Positions 1 to 10,139 are shown, counted from the first letter of the stretch. The stretch is 64,000 bases of DNA from an uncultured delta proteobacterium (GCA_963745835.1 CAVUZH010000003.1:736001-800000); one strand, 5' to 3'. Notes: generated from the sequence alone by a model not told the origin. Translations and numbers: made by a program.

Positions 1-1905
1 GAACCAGCCGCCAAAAATAAACGCGCATGCCACCAGCGCGAGAGAAAGCAAGTTCCACTCGAGAGTCATCGGCAGGCATGCTAAGACGGAGGGCGGCGGC
101 TGGTAGAGCGTTTGAAAAAGTCCACGACCGAAAACTCCCGAGTAGATCCTCGGCTGGCGGCTCGACAAGAAAGAGGAAAGATCGCCGTAAATCCTGCCGA
201 ACCAACGCGATTGACCAAGCACATTAAAGCGACTCGGATGTTTAAAGAACAGGAGAGTCTCGGCCTTGCCATAGCCGCGTTGCTGACTTAAGTAATCTCG
301 CACCGTATTACGGCGAAAATGCCAAACCAGCGCCGCTGGGCTGAAGCCGATCTTGTAGCCTTTGTTCTGAAGTCGCCAGCAAACATCCACATCATCGCCG
401 GCAGCGCGGAAGATCGGATCAAACCCTGAGATCGCTTCCAAAGCTTCCCGGCGGAATGCCATATTGCATCCCGGTATGTGTTCGGCTACCTCATCATCCA
501 AAAGCACATGGGCCGGCGCGCCGGGCGATAGGGCGACGCATGAGGCGATCATTGAATCGTCGGGCGGCGACAGATTCGGGCCGCCGACCGCGCCGAATTC
601 CGACGATTGAAAGCGGGCAACCAGATAGGTCAGCCAGTCTTCATCGGCCATACAATCAGCATCGGTGAAGGCAATGATATCACCTGTGGAAGCGCGGATA
701 CCGACGTTGCGCGCCTCACTCAGTCCTCTATTTTCCTGATTGATCAGATGAATGTAGTCGTAGCTCTCGGCGATTTTCTGGGTTCGATCCGTGGAGCCAT
801 CGTTCACCACAATAACTTCATAATTTCGGTAATTGAGTTTTTCTAACGAAGCGAGGCAGGCATCTATTGTGCGTTCCCCGTTGTACACGCATACAACTAC
901 AGAAACCTTGGGATAGCGGTTGAGATCCGCCGGAAGCGTATTAGCGTAGTACTTTTTTGCTTCCCAGTAAGCCGGTTTTGGTTGGCGGTTACGATCAACC
1001 AAACCGAAAGCCCAATCGTCAACCTGAAATCCCTCAGCGCCGGAATAGGCATGCCAGTCATCAGTCCATGAGAAGATCACGGTGCCCGCGACGCCGGTCT
1101 CGAAGCTTACGCGCAATTGCCAGGACATCGCTTGGGCCTGAAAGTCGAGCCCTTGGCTGACCGAGTCCATGCCAATCTCAGTCAGCACGAGCGGCCGATC
1201 ACCGGCTAAATTGTGGAGATGAAAAAGGTAACGACGGAAGTCTTGCTCGCGATGAAGGTAGACATTGAACGCCAAGAAGTCGGTAAAATCTATCTCCAGG
1301 TATTCAGTAGAAGGAAAATTCGCGTAACTAACGAATCGCTCCGGATCGCTTGCTTTCGCCGCTTTGAATAAGCTCCCGAGAAACGATCGGACTCGCCGTG
1401 CGCCGTGCCATCGCACAATGTCGGGGGGAATCTCATTTCCAATTAGATAGGCGAAGGTCGCAGGATGTCGCTTGCAAGCCTCAACACTGCCGACAATAGT
1501 TTTACGAACTTCAGACTGCGTGCGAGGTGAGTCAAGAAAAGATATATGCTGAGCCCATGGAATGCCGACGATCACTCTCAGGCCGCAGGCTGCCGCCATA
1601 TCGAGGAGCCAATCGGGCGGCGGCGTAAAGGTGCGGAAACAGTTGACTCCGAGTTTCCTCATCAATGTAAAATCCATCTCGACACGTGCTGCTTCTGGAA
1701 AAGGAACCCCTTGAAGTGAAGGAGCAAAAGGGCCGTAGGTAACTCCTTTCAAGAAAAACTTCTCATGATTGTTGAAGAAAAAACGTCCCTGCGCTGTGAT
1801 TTTTTCCGACGTGCTTAGCGGGGTAGAATCAAGCCGGCTCGATAGTGGTAGAGGTTCCAAGGTTTCAGGATAAGGTTTGAAAAGTTGCGGCAGCGGCATA
1901 TTCAC
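1..1905 (-). CDS. Glycosyltransferase family 2 protein with N-terminal clan GH-A (GH2-like) TIM-barrel domain; partial, 3' end runs off the window
   Basis: Not in the ORF track because there is no stop in the window. Hand translation from GTG 1905 / ATG 1899 (RBS AGGAG ~1914-1918) stays in one frame at every segment checked down to base 1: KGVTYGPF, YLIGNEIPPD (acid/base NE), VLTEIGMD (nucleophile-type E), then GT2 motifs VVNDGSTD, FTDAD, GDDVD, QQRGYG. Confidence 0.88.
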   Translation of the reverse strand, partial: MNMPLPQLFKPYPETLEPLPLSSRLDSTPLSTSEKITAQGRFFFNNHEKFFLKGVTYGPFAPSLQGVPFPEAARVEMDFTLMRKLGVNCFRTFTPPPDWLLDMAAACGLRVIVGIPWAQHISFLDSPRTQSEVRKTIVGSVEACKRHPATFAYLIGNEIPPDIVRWHGARRVRSFLGSLFKAAKASDPERFVSYANFPSTEYLEIDFTDFLAFNVYLHREQDFRRYLFHLHNLAGDRPLVLTEIGMDSVSQGLDFQAQAMSWQLRVSFETGVAGTVIFSWTDDWHAYSGAEGFQVDDWAFGLVDRNRQPKPAYWEAKKYYANTLPADLNRYPKVSVVVCVYNGERTIDACLASLEKLNYRNYEVIVVNDGSTDRTQKIAESYDYIHLINQENRGLSEARNVGIRASTGDIIAFTDADCMADEDWLTYLVARFQSSEFGAVGGPNLSPPDDSMIASCVALSPGAPAHVLLDDEVAEHIPGCNMAFRREALEAISGFDPIFRAAGDDVDVCWRLQNKGYKIGFSPAALVWHFRRNTVRDYLSQQRGYGKAETLLFFKHPSRFNVLGQSRWFGRIYGDLSSFLSSRQPRIYSGVFGRGLFQTLYQPPPSVLACLPMTLEWNLLSLALVACAFIFGGWF

Positions 1906-1990
1906 TGGTGCTTCTCCTATTGAAAAATAAAACCGCGTCAGAGAGACAGAATGGTGCGAAAACGCTATCCGGGTAGCAATGGTGGCGCAA

Positions 1991-2007
1991 CGCAACAATA
2001 ATGCCAG
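1991..2007 (-). promoter_or_regulatory. Putative sigma54 (-24/-12) promoter for the GH/GT2 gene
   Basis: Minus strand CTGGCATTATTGTTGCG matches YTGGCACG-N4-TTGCW with exact GG-N10-GC spacing, ~85 nt upstream of the start. Confidence 0.65.
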
Positions 2008-2602
2008 TAAAGTTCTGAAAACGATTTACTTTTATAAATAATGGTTTAACGGTGTCTAAATTACCTTGGAGCGCTCATTTGTCTCAAAGGCAGCACTTCA
2101 GTGCAGGTTTATCCTGCAGTGAGCGACTCTTTCCGACCAACTTTGCGCTGACGAATCAATCCCCACCGTTCCCCCTCTTTGATGATTAGACGTCGTCGAA
2201 CGTCAGAAACATTGGCTGTGCACTGATATAAAAAGGAATCGCACCACAAAGATCACCGATTGAACCCCAACCGTTGGGAAACAAACAAAGCAACTCCTGC
2301 GCGTCAGCTCAGGGCGACAGCGCCGGTGAATTTATGGTGAATACAGAATCTAAGAGCAATTCGTTAATAGGGGATTGGGTTTTCGTCCATCATCCGATAT
2401 GACCACTACCCAATGGTATGAATGACGATGCGAGTTTCGCTCGGAATGCGCCCGGTGACGGCCACTTTTATCTAATTCGTATCCCTTCTTAACTCAATCT
2501 GATAGTTATGCGGCCTATGAAAAATTGAATGCTTCGCAGGGTTGTTCTCGCCGCTCTAGCGTTTACAATTTCTCTGCAAGAAAGGGTGTGAGTATCCGCT
2601 TC

Positions 2603-2941
2603 ATGAAATGTCCAAAATGCCGTACTGAGACTATGAATGTATTTTCAGTAGAAGGGGTGGCCGTGGAGCGCTGCTCGTCCTGTAGCGGAATTTGGTTCGA
2701 TGCCCGGGAGCTCAGCCAGTTGCTCGAACAAGATGCTCGCCAGGTAGCCTCGCTGCGCCGCGGGCGCGATAACCAGCAGCTCGAGGGCAAGAGGGGCTTC
2801 TGCCCGCGCGATGGCTCAGAGCTTTTACGGGTTTACAGCAGTATCAATCAATCGGTAATTATCGACGCCTGCGCCGATTGCCGAGGCATCTGGCTCGATG
2901 GCGGCGAATTCGAAAAGCTTTTTTCCGCCCGCCAGCTGTAG
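2603..2941 (+). CDS. Tandem zf-TFIIB-type zinc-ribbon protein
   Basis: From ATG 2603: CPKC...[14 protein letters not shown] and CPRD...[14 protein letters not shown], two copies of the zinc-ribbon/GIWLDxGE motif. Confidence 0.8.
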   Translation: MKCPKCRTETMNVFSVEGVAVERCSSCSGIWFDARELSQLLEQDARQVASLRRGRDNQQLEGKRGFCPRDGSELLRVYSSINQSVIIDACADCRGIWLDGGEFEKLFSARQL

Positions 2942-2973
2942 TTCCCCCAACAGGTTCTGGCTTAGAGTTCATC

Positions 2974-3396
2974 ATGGCGGCGAACCAGGTCTCTTCTGAA
3001 AAACAGAAACTACTACAGCTTCGAATGCAGACCTTAGGCATCCGAGAACAGGACCTGGAGGAACAATTTGTTCGCTCGTCAGGAGCGGGCGGACAAAACG
3101 TTAACAAGGTATCTTCGTGCGTCGTTCTCCATCACCGGCCCACCGGTATTCGCGTTAAGTGCCAACAGGAGCGCTCGCAGGCGCTTAACCGTTTTCTTGC
3201 CCGCCGCATTCTGCTCGATAAAATCGAGGCAAAGCTCAAAGGAATCCAAGCCGCTGAAGATCAAAAGATCGCTAGAATCCGGCGGCAAAAAAGAAAGCGC
3301 TCACGCCGCGCCAAGCTCAAGCTGCTCGCGGATAAGCGCCACCTAGCGGAAAAGAAATCGCGCCGCGCCTCTGTCCGGCCTGATCAGCAAGATTAA
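2974..3396 (+). CDS. Peptidyl-tRNA hydrolase / release-factor-like ribosome rescue protein (ArfB/C12orf65-like)
   Basis: [14 protein letters not shown] (GGQ motif), RSQALNR, long basic C-terminal tail, no codon-recognition domain. Confidence 0.85.
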   Translation: MAANQVSSEKQKLLQLRMQTLGIREQDLEEQFVRSSGAGGQNVNKVSSCVVLHHRPTGIRVKCQQERSQALNRFLARRILLDKIEAKLKGIQAAEDQKIARIRRQKRKRSRRAKLKLLADKRHLAEKKSRRASVRPDQQD

Positions 3397-3433
3397 CAAT
3401 CTGGCGTCCCAATGCGTAAATTGGCGTAACGGG

Positions 3434-4648
3434 TTATAAACGCGCCGGGTTCGAGCCGAAGGCCACTTCGGGAAAATGCCTCTGCCGGTTGGTGTTGCTG
3501 TAGACGAGCGCGCCCGAGGCAAGCAGAATCAAAGCCATGACGGCCATAAAGCCGTCGTAGCTGCCGGTTCTATCAAAGACAATGCTGGCAAACATCGGGC
3601 CGCCGGCAGAGCCGATCTGGTGCACGATGAAGCTAAGCCCGAGAATCACTCCGGCAAGTCGGGGGCCGGCGATTTCATAGAACATCACGTTTTGCACGGC
3701 TACGGTGCCAAACGTCGGACCGATGGCCACAGCCACAAGAATGAAAAATACCGCCTCGTTGGCGACTTCAAACGATAAGAAAAACGTGCCGACCCCACGG
3801 ATAACGTAGCTAAGCGCAAGCATCCGGGCTCTGCCGTAGCGGTCGGAAAGCCAACCGAAGAGCAGCGCCGATGCGGCCGCTGCAGCGCCGAATACGCTGA
3901 CGGCGGCAGCGCCAGTGGCGCTGGTGAAACCTTTGCTTAATGCCAGCGCCACGAGGTGAGCTATCTGAAAGAAAGCCACTCCGCAGGAAAAACGCGCCGC
4001 GAACATCACCAGCATGGAGCGATTGCGCAAGTACGGGAGACACGCGCCCCAGCCCAGGCGGACCCGTTGGCTGCCTGCAGCCCGCGGCTCACGTGCGCCC
4101 AGCCATGCCAGCGGTAAGGCTAGTACCATGAGCAGGATCGCTGTCGATAACGCGCCGGCGCGCCAGCCAAAACGGTTGATCAAGAAATAGAGCGGCGCAG
4201 CGAAAAGGAGCGGGCTTAGAGGTGCCGAAGTTTGCAGCACGCTCACTGCCAGGCCGCGGCTCTTGGCCTCGTAATGCTGCGACACCAAGAGCGACGCGAT
4301 TGCCAGTCCGCACGCGCCCATGGCTAATCCCACCATGAGGCCGTAGGTGAGTGAAAGCTGCCACACATTTGATGACAAACTCATGCCGAAAAATCCCGCC
4401 GCCATGAGCAGGATGCCGCCGAGAATCACCCGTCGCGCACCGTAGTCGTCGGCGAGCTTGCCAAACAGAACCGCCCCGGCGCCCCAACCCAGCATGGCAA
4501 ACATATAAGGCAGCGTCACCATTGCCCGCGACCAGCCGAAATCCGCCTCCATGGGTCTAAGGAACAGGCTAAAGGAGCTCATGCCGATGGAAGTCATAGT
4601 GACGACAGCCGTGGAGAGCAGTAACACCGTGGTGCGGGAAATTTTCAT
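3434..4648 (-). CDS. MFS transporter
   Basis: ~12 hydrophobic segments; motif A copies GKLADDYGARR and GWLSDRYGRAR; start taken at ATG 4648. Confidence 0.88.
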   Translation of the reverse strand: MKISRTTVLLLSTAVVTMTSIGMSSFSLFLRPMEADFGWSRAMVTLPYMFAMLGWGAGAVLFGKLADDYGARRVILGGILLMAAGFFGMSLSSNVWQLSLTYGLMVGLAMGACGLAIASLLVSQHYEAKSRGLAVSVLQTSAPLSPLLFAAPLYFLINRFGWRAGALSTAILLMVLALPLAWLGAREPRAAGSQRVRLGWGACLPYLRNRSMLVMFAARFSCGVAFFQIAHLVALALSKGFTSATGAAAVSVFGAAAAASALLFGWLSDRYGRARMLALSYVIRGVGTFFLSFEVANEAVFFILVAVAIGPTFGTVAVQNVMFYEIAGPRLAGVILGLSFIVHQIGSAGGPMFASIVFDRTGSYDGFMAVMALILLASGALVYSNTNRQRHFPEVAFGSNPARL

Positions 4649-4806
4649 GGCAGCGAGGAGGCGTGTTATTTTTATGCCAGAGGATAGATGGAAGCTCAAA
4701 CACGTGGCGACGAATAGCCATTGGAATTTTAGCTGCCGATTGAATCAGCCGAGCTAATATCCAGTTTTCGATGGCTGAGTTGGCAAGCCTTTCCCATCTT
4801 CCGCGG

Positions 4807-6030
4807 TTATCGGCCGCGAGATCCCCGGTAGAGTTTCAGTGGCGCCAGTACTAGGCCGGCGACGATGAGAAAAACTCCCGCTAGAACGAACGAGAACTTG
4901 ATGCCAAATTCGCCGATCAAAAATCCGGTAACCATAGGTGTCGGAATCACAACTAGCTGGGTGACGAGGGTCATGAGCCCATAGGTCGATGCCTGAACGG
5001 CGGCGCCGGCGACATCCATTACCGCGGCGTTCATAATGTTGAAAAGCGTATAGAAAAATAGGCCGATGGCGATGATCACCAATGCCAGAGGAATGCCCGC
5101 GGGTACGATCGCCAGCAGCGCGAAGAACAAGCCCAACAAAAGGCATGAAGGGACGAGCACGGCTTTGCGGCCAAAGCGATCGGAGAGCAAACCCAACGCG
5201 GGCTGGGAAATCGTGCCGAGAGCATGCATCAAAGCGACGAAAACTCCCAGCGCGAAGGCTGAATAGTGCAGTTGTTCCTGTAAATAGATGGGCAGAAAGG
5301 TGAGAATCACCAAACGTCCCATCGAGAGCAAGCCCGTGGCTGCCGAAACGCCCAGGAAAGCTGGGTTGCCGATGACGGCCACTACCTCGCGGATTTGAGT
5401 TGATCTGTGGCGTGGACCGGAGTCGCCATCGACGAAAACTCCGGCGAGCGCGCGCCAGACCACCAGAGCGAACAAAAGGCCCGGTAATAATTGCAGACGC
5501 GCGACGGTTTGCCAGGAGAAACTCGCCAGCAAAGCGCCGACAAACAGGGGAGTAATCGTATCGCTGATGGTTGCTCCTGTGCCGTGAATCGAAAGCGCGG
5601 TGGCGCGATGTTCTGGAAAACGATTCGACAACGATGCAGCTGCAGTCGGATGCCACAGCGCCGTGCCTAAACCGATCAACCCCGAGCCAAGCAGCGCCCA
5701 GGCGAAGACGGGCGAACCCAGGAGAAAATAGGCAGCGGCCATCGCCACCAACGACAAGGCCAGCATCCTGGCGCGATGGCGTACCATCGAATCGGCGAGT
5801 AAGCCCACGGGAAGTTGGCCTAACCCCATGATCATCTGCTGCGCCGAGGTTAACGCGCCGACTTCCACATTAGTCAATCCGAGACCCGACTTGATCGAGG
5901 GCAAGATGACTGGAAAAAACTGTTGAAACCAATGGATGACAAAATGGCCGCCGGTAAGAATACCGAGGAGCCGTATGCGCTCGGCGCCAAGCGAGCGCAC
6001 TGAGGCGAGCATATGTCGGGCTACATTCAT
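4807..6030 (-). CDS. MFS transporter (Fsr-like)
   Basis: GHFVIHWFQQFFPVILP, ALWHP, GLLSDRFGRK; ~12 TM segments. Confidence 0.88.
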   Translation of the reverse strand: MNVARHMLASVRSLGAERIRLLGILTGGHFVIHWFQQFFPVILPSIKSGLGLTNVEVGALTSAQQMIMGLGQLPVGLLADSMVRHRARMLALSLVAMAAAYFLLGSPVFAWALLGSGLIGLGTALWHPTAAASLSNRFPEHRATALSIHGTGATISDTITPLFVGALLASFSWQTVARLQLLPGLLFALVVWRALAGVFVDGDSGPRHRSTQIREVVAVIGNPAFLGVSAATGLLSMGRLVILTFLPIYLQEQLHYSAFALGVFVALMHALGTISQPALGLLSDRFGRKAVLVPSCLLLGLFFALLAIVPAGIPLALVIIAIGLFFYTLFNIMNAAVMDVAGAAVQASTYGLMTLVTQLVVIPTPMVTGFLIGEFGIKFSFVLAGVFLIVAGLVLAPLKLYRGSRGR

Positions 6031-6349
6031 AGTTTAGTTTCTAGGGGATGTTTCGGGACATGAACAACTCAGCGGAGGACCAGTGTGCGCGAATTCTCTA
6101 CGATTAGCTCATGCGATAACCGGTTGGAAGGGATCGATGCTCTGCTTGACGCAAGTCACGCCTATCGCAAACACAATCGTCTAAACTTCATAACCTTGCT
6201 CGGTCCTACTTGTCAGCAAAACAAAACCTAATAAGCTGAAAGTGAGATCCGAAGCTGAAATTCTTTCTGCGCCTGGTAATCGAGTTAGACTTAAATGGTA
6301 TCGTTCACGCGCCGGAAAGTGACATTTTTAATTGTCAGGAGGAGCAAAC

Positions 6350-6553
6350 ATGGCGAAGTACGGTTCGAAGGCAAAAGAAAAAGTAAAGAAGGCGATGCAC
6401 GAGCGCAAGAGAGGAAAACTAAAGAGCGGACGGTCCGGAAAAAAAGTGACTAGCCGCAAACAGGCTATCGCCATCGGCCTTTCCGAAGCGCGCCGAGCCG
6501 GCGGCAAGGTGCCGCGGAAAAAATCATCGACCCGGAAGACGAAAAAGAAATAG
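6350..6553 (+). CDS. Small basic DUF6496-like protein
   Basis: RBS AGGAGGAG then MAKYGSKAKEKVKKAMHERKRGKLKSGRSGKKVTSRKQAIAIGLSEAR, the characteristic KQAIAIGLSEAR motif. Confidence 0.85.
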   Translation: MAKYGSKAKEKVKKAMHERKRGKLKSGRSGKKVTSRKQAIAIGLSEARRAGGKVPRKKSSTRKTKKK

Positions 6554-6591
6554 AGTCGGCCGGTCGAAACTCTCAGCAGCGGGCGAAGGCA

Positions 6592-8184
6592 TTATAACTT
6601 CCGCTCAACGAGCGGCGGCGGTGTCCACTGATACAGCCAGGTCTCGGTCAAGGGCTGCCCGCCCTGGCGCAGGTACAACCGGAGATCGATGGGCTCGGTG
6701 CTATCGTCAGTGGGTTTCAAGTCGAACATGGCGCGGTAGCCGTTGATCTCGGCCTGAGGCCGCGCTGATGCAATCTCAATTTCGCCACGCGAAGCGCTGA
6801 TCACCGGCTCCACTTGCGCTTCTTTGGAAAGCGCCGCGAGCTTGCCTCCGGTGAAATCCACAGCGAAGCGATAAGAGAAATATTTTCGCGGTTGACCGAC
6901 GACGCCGCCGATGCCTGTTCGAGTGGCGACAACTTGCGCGAGCGCAGGCGCAAACGGCATTGTCGAGCCCCAGTAGAGCCGGTAGCTGAACAGCAGCTCC
7001 TCTCCAGGTTGAGGTTGAGCGGCGGGATTCCAGTAGGCGACGATGTTGTCGAAGGTTTCATCCGGTGCTGGTAGCTCGGCCAACTGCACTGCGCCTGCGC
7101 CCCAACCGCTACCGGAAGCGTTTTTCGGTTCGACCCAGAGACTCGGGCGGCGCTCATAAAATACTGAATCATCCTGGTAGTGATCGAAGTTGCGATCGCG
7201 CTGCAACAGGCCGAAGCCGCGCGGGTTAGTGTCAAGGTAAGAGTTGACCCGAATTCCCGAGGGGTTCATCAATGGTCGCCAGATCCATTCGCCATTGCCG
7301 GTAAGCAGTGATAATCCGTCTGAGTCGTGAATTTCCGGACGCCAGTCGGTGGCCATGCGTCGATCGTTCTCGCCATGTTGGTACATGCTGGTTAACGGCG
7401 CGATGCCAATCCTCTCGATGGCTTTGCGCGGATAAAGGGCGGCATCGACATCCATGATCAAGGTTGGCCCGGGCCTAATCTCAAAGCGATAGGCGCCGGT
7501 CACGCTGTGAGAATCCATGAGCGCATAGACGGTTAATTGCTTAGAATTGTTTACCGGCCGTTGGAGCCAAAAGTCGGTGAAGCGCGGAAACTCTTCGCCC
7601 TTATCGAGCGCTGTGTCGACGGCAAGCCCGCGGGCAGAAATCCCGTACTGGCGATAGTCGCTGCCGACTGCGCGGAAGTAACTAGCGCCGAGAAAAGCTG
7701 CGACATCGGCGCGCCAATCGGTATGAAAATGCAATCGGAAGCCGGCAAAGCCGAGATCTCGCGGCAAGACGCCGGCGTCTACTCGAGCCCTGCGAAAATC
7801 AAACATCGCCGGATCGTAAAGTATCGCGCTTGCCTGATCATCGACAATTTCATGCATGCGCACCTGCTCTTTAAACATCGGGCCACGATGAAAGAATTCT
7901 ACCCGAAATGCGAGATTGTCTTTCAGCCATAGGGCTCTATGAGCGCCGAACCGAATCGCCTGATAGGCATTGTAATCAAGTTGAGTCAGCGGATGTGGCA
8001 GCACCTGGTCGGGTGCTTTGTAATCACTGGAGGCTATTCGCCGCGCGTGATTTTTAAGCCAGTCATAATTGAACTGCTGTGCTCGGGCCGGCAGCGCGCT
8101 TCCATGTAAGGGCCGCGCAGCAGGGATGGATAGGGGTGCTCCTGCCAGGATCAAGGCAGATTTAAGAAAATCACGTCGTCGCAT
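6592..8184 (-). CDS. opgD: Periplasmic glucan biosynthesis protein D (OpgD/MdoD, GH186), Tat-exported
   Basis: Tat signal MRRRDFLK from ATG 8184; FLGASYFRAVG, YGISARGLAVDT, RPEIHDSDGL, GFGLLQRDR, DETFDNIVAYW, TETWLYQW. Confidence 0.9.
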   Translation of the reverse strand: MRRRDFLKSALILAGAPLSIPAARPLHGSALPARAQQFNYDWLKNHARRIASSDYKAPDQVLPHPLTQLDYNAYQAIRFGAHRALWLKDNLAFRVEFFHRGPMFKEQVRMHEIVDDQASAILYDPAMFDFRRARVDAGVLPRDLGFAGFRLHFHTDWRADVAAFLGASYFRAVGSDYRQYGISARGLAVDTALDKGEEFPRFTDFWLQRPVNNSKQLTVYALMDSHSVTGAYRFEIRPGPTLIMDVDAALYPRKAIERIGIAPLTSMYQHGENDRRMATDWRPEIHDSDGLSLLTGNGEWIWRPLMNPSGIRVNSYLDTNPRGFGLLQRDRNFDHYQDDSVFYERRPSLWVEPKNASGSGWGAGAVQLAELPAPDETFDNIVAYWNPAAQPQPGEELLFSYRLYWGSTMPFAPALAQVVATRTGIGGVVGQPRKYFSYRFAVDFTGGKLAALSKEAQVEPVISASRGEIEIASARPQAEINGYRAMFDLKPTDDSTEPIDLRLYLRQGGQPLTETWLYQWTPPPLVERKL

Positions 8185-8386
8185 GGATTCTGTCGCGCAA
8201 GGCGGGCGAGAAGGTAATTCAGGCGAGACTAGCAATTCAAGCTTAGGTTTCAAGAGGATCGGCCCAAAAAAACTTCGGCGTGGTGCATGTATCACAGAAC
8301 CGATTCGACAAAGTGTTCGAACAAAATGTCGTGAGATGCGAAGCTGTCGGAATACATCAGGCTAATTACATGCGGAGGAGAGTGAA

Positions 8387-9400
8387 ATGAGAATCGTCAT
8401 CTTTGGGCCGAAACGTCGCTTGGGTGGGTTGGCGGGCGATTGTGTGATCGACCTCAATCGTGGATTTGCCAGGTATCTGCAGGAACGCGGCGATGGCAAC
8501 CCGAATGAACATGCTGCCGAGTGGCTGCCGCCGGATCTGAAATCCTTCATCGAGGGCGGTCCGCTTGCTCTGGAAAATGCCCAACAAGTGATCGACCACT
8601 TTAACGGCATCGGCTGCGAGGATGGTGGTGAGCTAGCGAACGTTGTTCACAGCTGCTCACGGGTGAAGCTTCACGCTCCATGGCCGGAGCGTCGCATCGC
8701 TTGCGTCGGCGGCAACTACGCCGCTCATCTTGTGGGAATGTGGGCCAACCGGCTCGGCAAGACCGACATCACGTTAGAAGAAGTTGCTCGTGAAGCAAAA
8801 AAAGCAGGGCAATGGGGTTTTTGGAAAGTGCTGGCAGAGATTGCCGGACCGGAAGATCGCATTCCTTTTCCCAAGCGCGTCACTTACTTCGACTACGAAG
8901 GTGAGGTGGCGGTTGTGATCGGCAAACGCGGCAAAAACATACCTGCCGATCAGGTGCGGCACTACATATGGGGCGTTACGTTGTTTCACGACTGGAGTAT
9001 CCGCGACGGCGGCGGAACAGAACGGGCAGTCAGCTATAATTTACAGAAAAACTTCGATGGCGCGGCATCGATGGGACCTTGCATCGTCGTCGGCGAAGTG
9101 GAGCCTCAGAATGTCGATGTCGAGACACGGATCAATGGGGCCGTGCGTCAGAGTTACAATACCAGAGAAATGATCTGGTCCTTTGGCGAGGTGTTGGAAT
9201 TTCTTTCCCAAGACTTCACCTTCGTGCCGGGCGATGTCATCGCCGGCGGTACTTCCGCCGGCACCGCTGCCGACCAATCGCGGCGATCCGAAGGCAAACG
9301 ACCACTCGATCTGTTTCTTAAGATCGGTGACGTCGTCGAGGTCTCGTCGCCGCAGATAGGCGCATTATCGAACCAGATCGTGATTAGTGAATCGGAATAG
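8387..9400 (+). CDS. Fumarylacetoacetate hydrolase family protein
   Basis: GGNYAAH, DYEGEVAVVIGK, KNFDGAASMGP, GDVIAGGT; RBS GGAGGAG. Confidence 0.88.
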   Translation: MRIVIFGPKRRLGGLAGDCVIDLNRGFARYLQERGDGNPNEHAAEWLPPDLKSFIEGGPLALENAQQVIDHFNGIGCEDGGELANVVHSCSRVKLHAPWPERRIACVGGNYAAHLVGMWANRLGKTDITLEEVAREAKKAGQWGFWKVLAEIAGPEDRIPFPKRVTYFDYEGEVAVVIGKRGKNIPADQVRHYIWGVTLFHDWSIRDGGGTERAVSYNLQKNFDGAASMGPCIVVGEVEPQNVDVETRINGAVRQSYNTREMIWSFGEVLEFLSQDFTFVPGDVIAGGTSAGTAADQSRRSEGKRPLDLFLKIGDVVEVSSPQIGALSNQIVISESE

Positions 9401-9833
9401 CCGCGCAAAAAGCAGAGACATGCAGATCCTGTCGACGGCGATGAAGAACTTACCCCACACGCTGTACGGCTATTCTGAAGTAGCACGACAGGAAACTCCT
9501 CAGGCTTTTGGCCGGAATTTTTTAATCCGGTAGTTTACAAGCGCTTTTAATTCGTCGTATCAATATGCGCGGATACTTTGAGCCGTCTGTTTTGTGTTGA
9601 AATCAGAACAAGCGGAGAGCTTGAATTCGCGAAAGTGAACAAGGTATCGGCGTTACGTTCCAACTAGATCCATCCCGTGCCTAAAAACCACGAACTGTGG
9701 TGCAAATTTTCTCGCTGGTCTTTCGAGCAACCGGGTCTTTTCATCTGAAGTCGTAGTCTTTGCTGCGGCTAAGAAGCATTCATAAATTAATTGCCTGCCG
9801 GAATGGAACTCGGCCCGTTCATCACTGCTATTC

Positions 9834-10049
9834 ACCCTAATCCGACAATAGTTGAGCGCAATAAGCAATGCGCGAGGACGGCGAGACTGGAAGCGGTGGG
9901 CAGGTGAGCATGCAGTTGCCTATAAGGCCCCGACGTAACCAAAACATCACCCTTAGGGGAATGTGGGGTGGCCTTTAAGGCACTGTTCCATTGCCCACGG
10001 CTGGAGGGCTCGCTGGCCTTGCGGGATTTGAATAATGTCGGATTCGGGT
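9834..10049 (+). ncRNA. Candidate structured RNA or palindromic element: ~216-nt nested rod-like hairpin
   Basis: Nested stems read by hand: 9834-9847/10036-10049 (13/14), 9871-9885/10009-10023 (14/15 with two G-U), 9892-9902/9992-10002 (10/11), 9912-9921/9978-9986, 9924-9929/9970-9975, plus apical ACAT/ATGT. G-U pairs favour the + strand. Confidence 0.5.
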
Positions 10050-10080
10050 TAACTATTAGCCGCACGCCGACCTCTGTCTA

Positions 10081-10097
10081 GTGGTACGAGCTTTGCT
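10081..10097 (+). promoter_or_regulatory. Putative sigma54 promoter of the DUF2231-Rieske gene
   Basis: GTGGTACGAGCTTTGCT, GG-N10-GC with TTGC, 43 nt upstream of ATG 10140 (RBS GGAGGAG). Confidence 0.65.
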
Positions 10098-10139
10098 GCC
10101 CTCGAGCTGCAAGCAATTGTGAATTAACCGGAGGAGACT

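Noticed and set aside
4754-5656. 300-aa alternative-frame ORF and similar long shadow ORFs (13282-13917, 14926-15678, 30270-30977, 31915-32661, 35053-35577)
   Set aside because: They overlap well-supported genes in another frame or antisense and have no motifs, as expected in GC-rich coding DNA.
6296-6337. Sigma54-like TGGTATCGTTCACGC and TGACA-N8-TGTCA palindrome before the DUF6496-like gene
   Set aside because: The -12 element lacks TT and the palindrome is only 5 bp per arm; too weak to call.
9834-10049. Firm call as 6S RNA, SRP RNA, tmRNA or RNase P RNA
   Set aside because: No SRP GGAA-loop motif, tRNA-like ends or RNase P consensus seen; the 6S resemblance is architectural only, so it is kept as an unnamed candidate.
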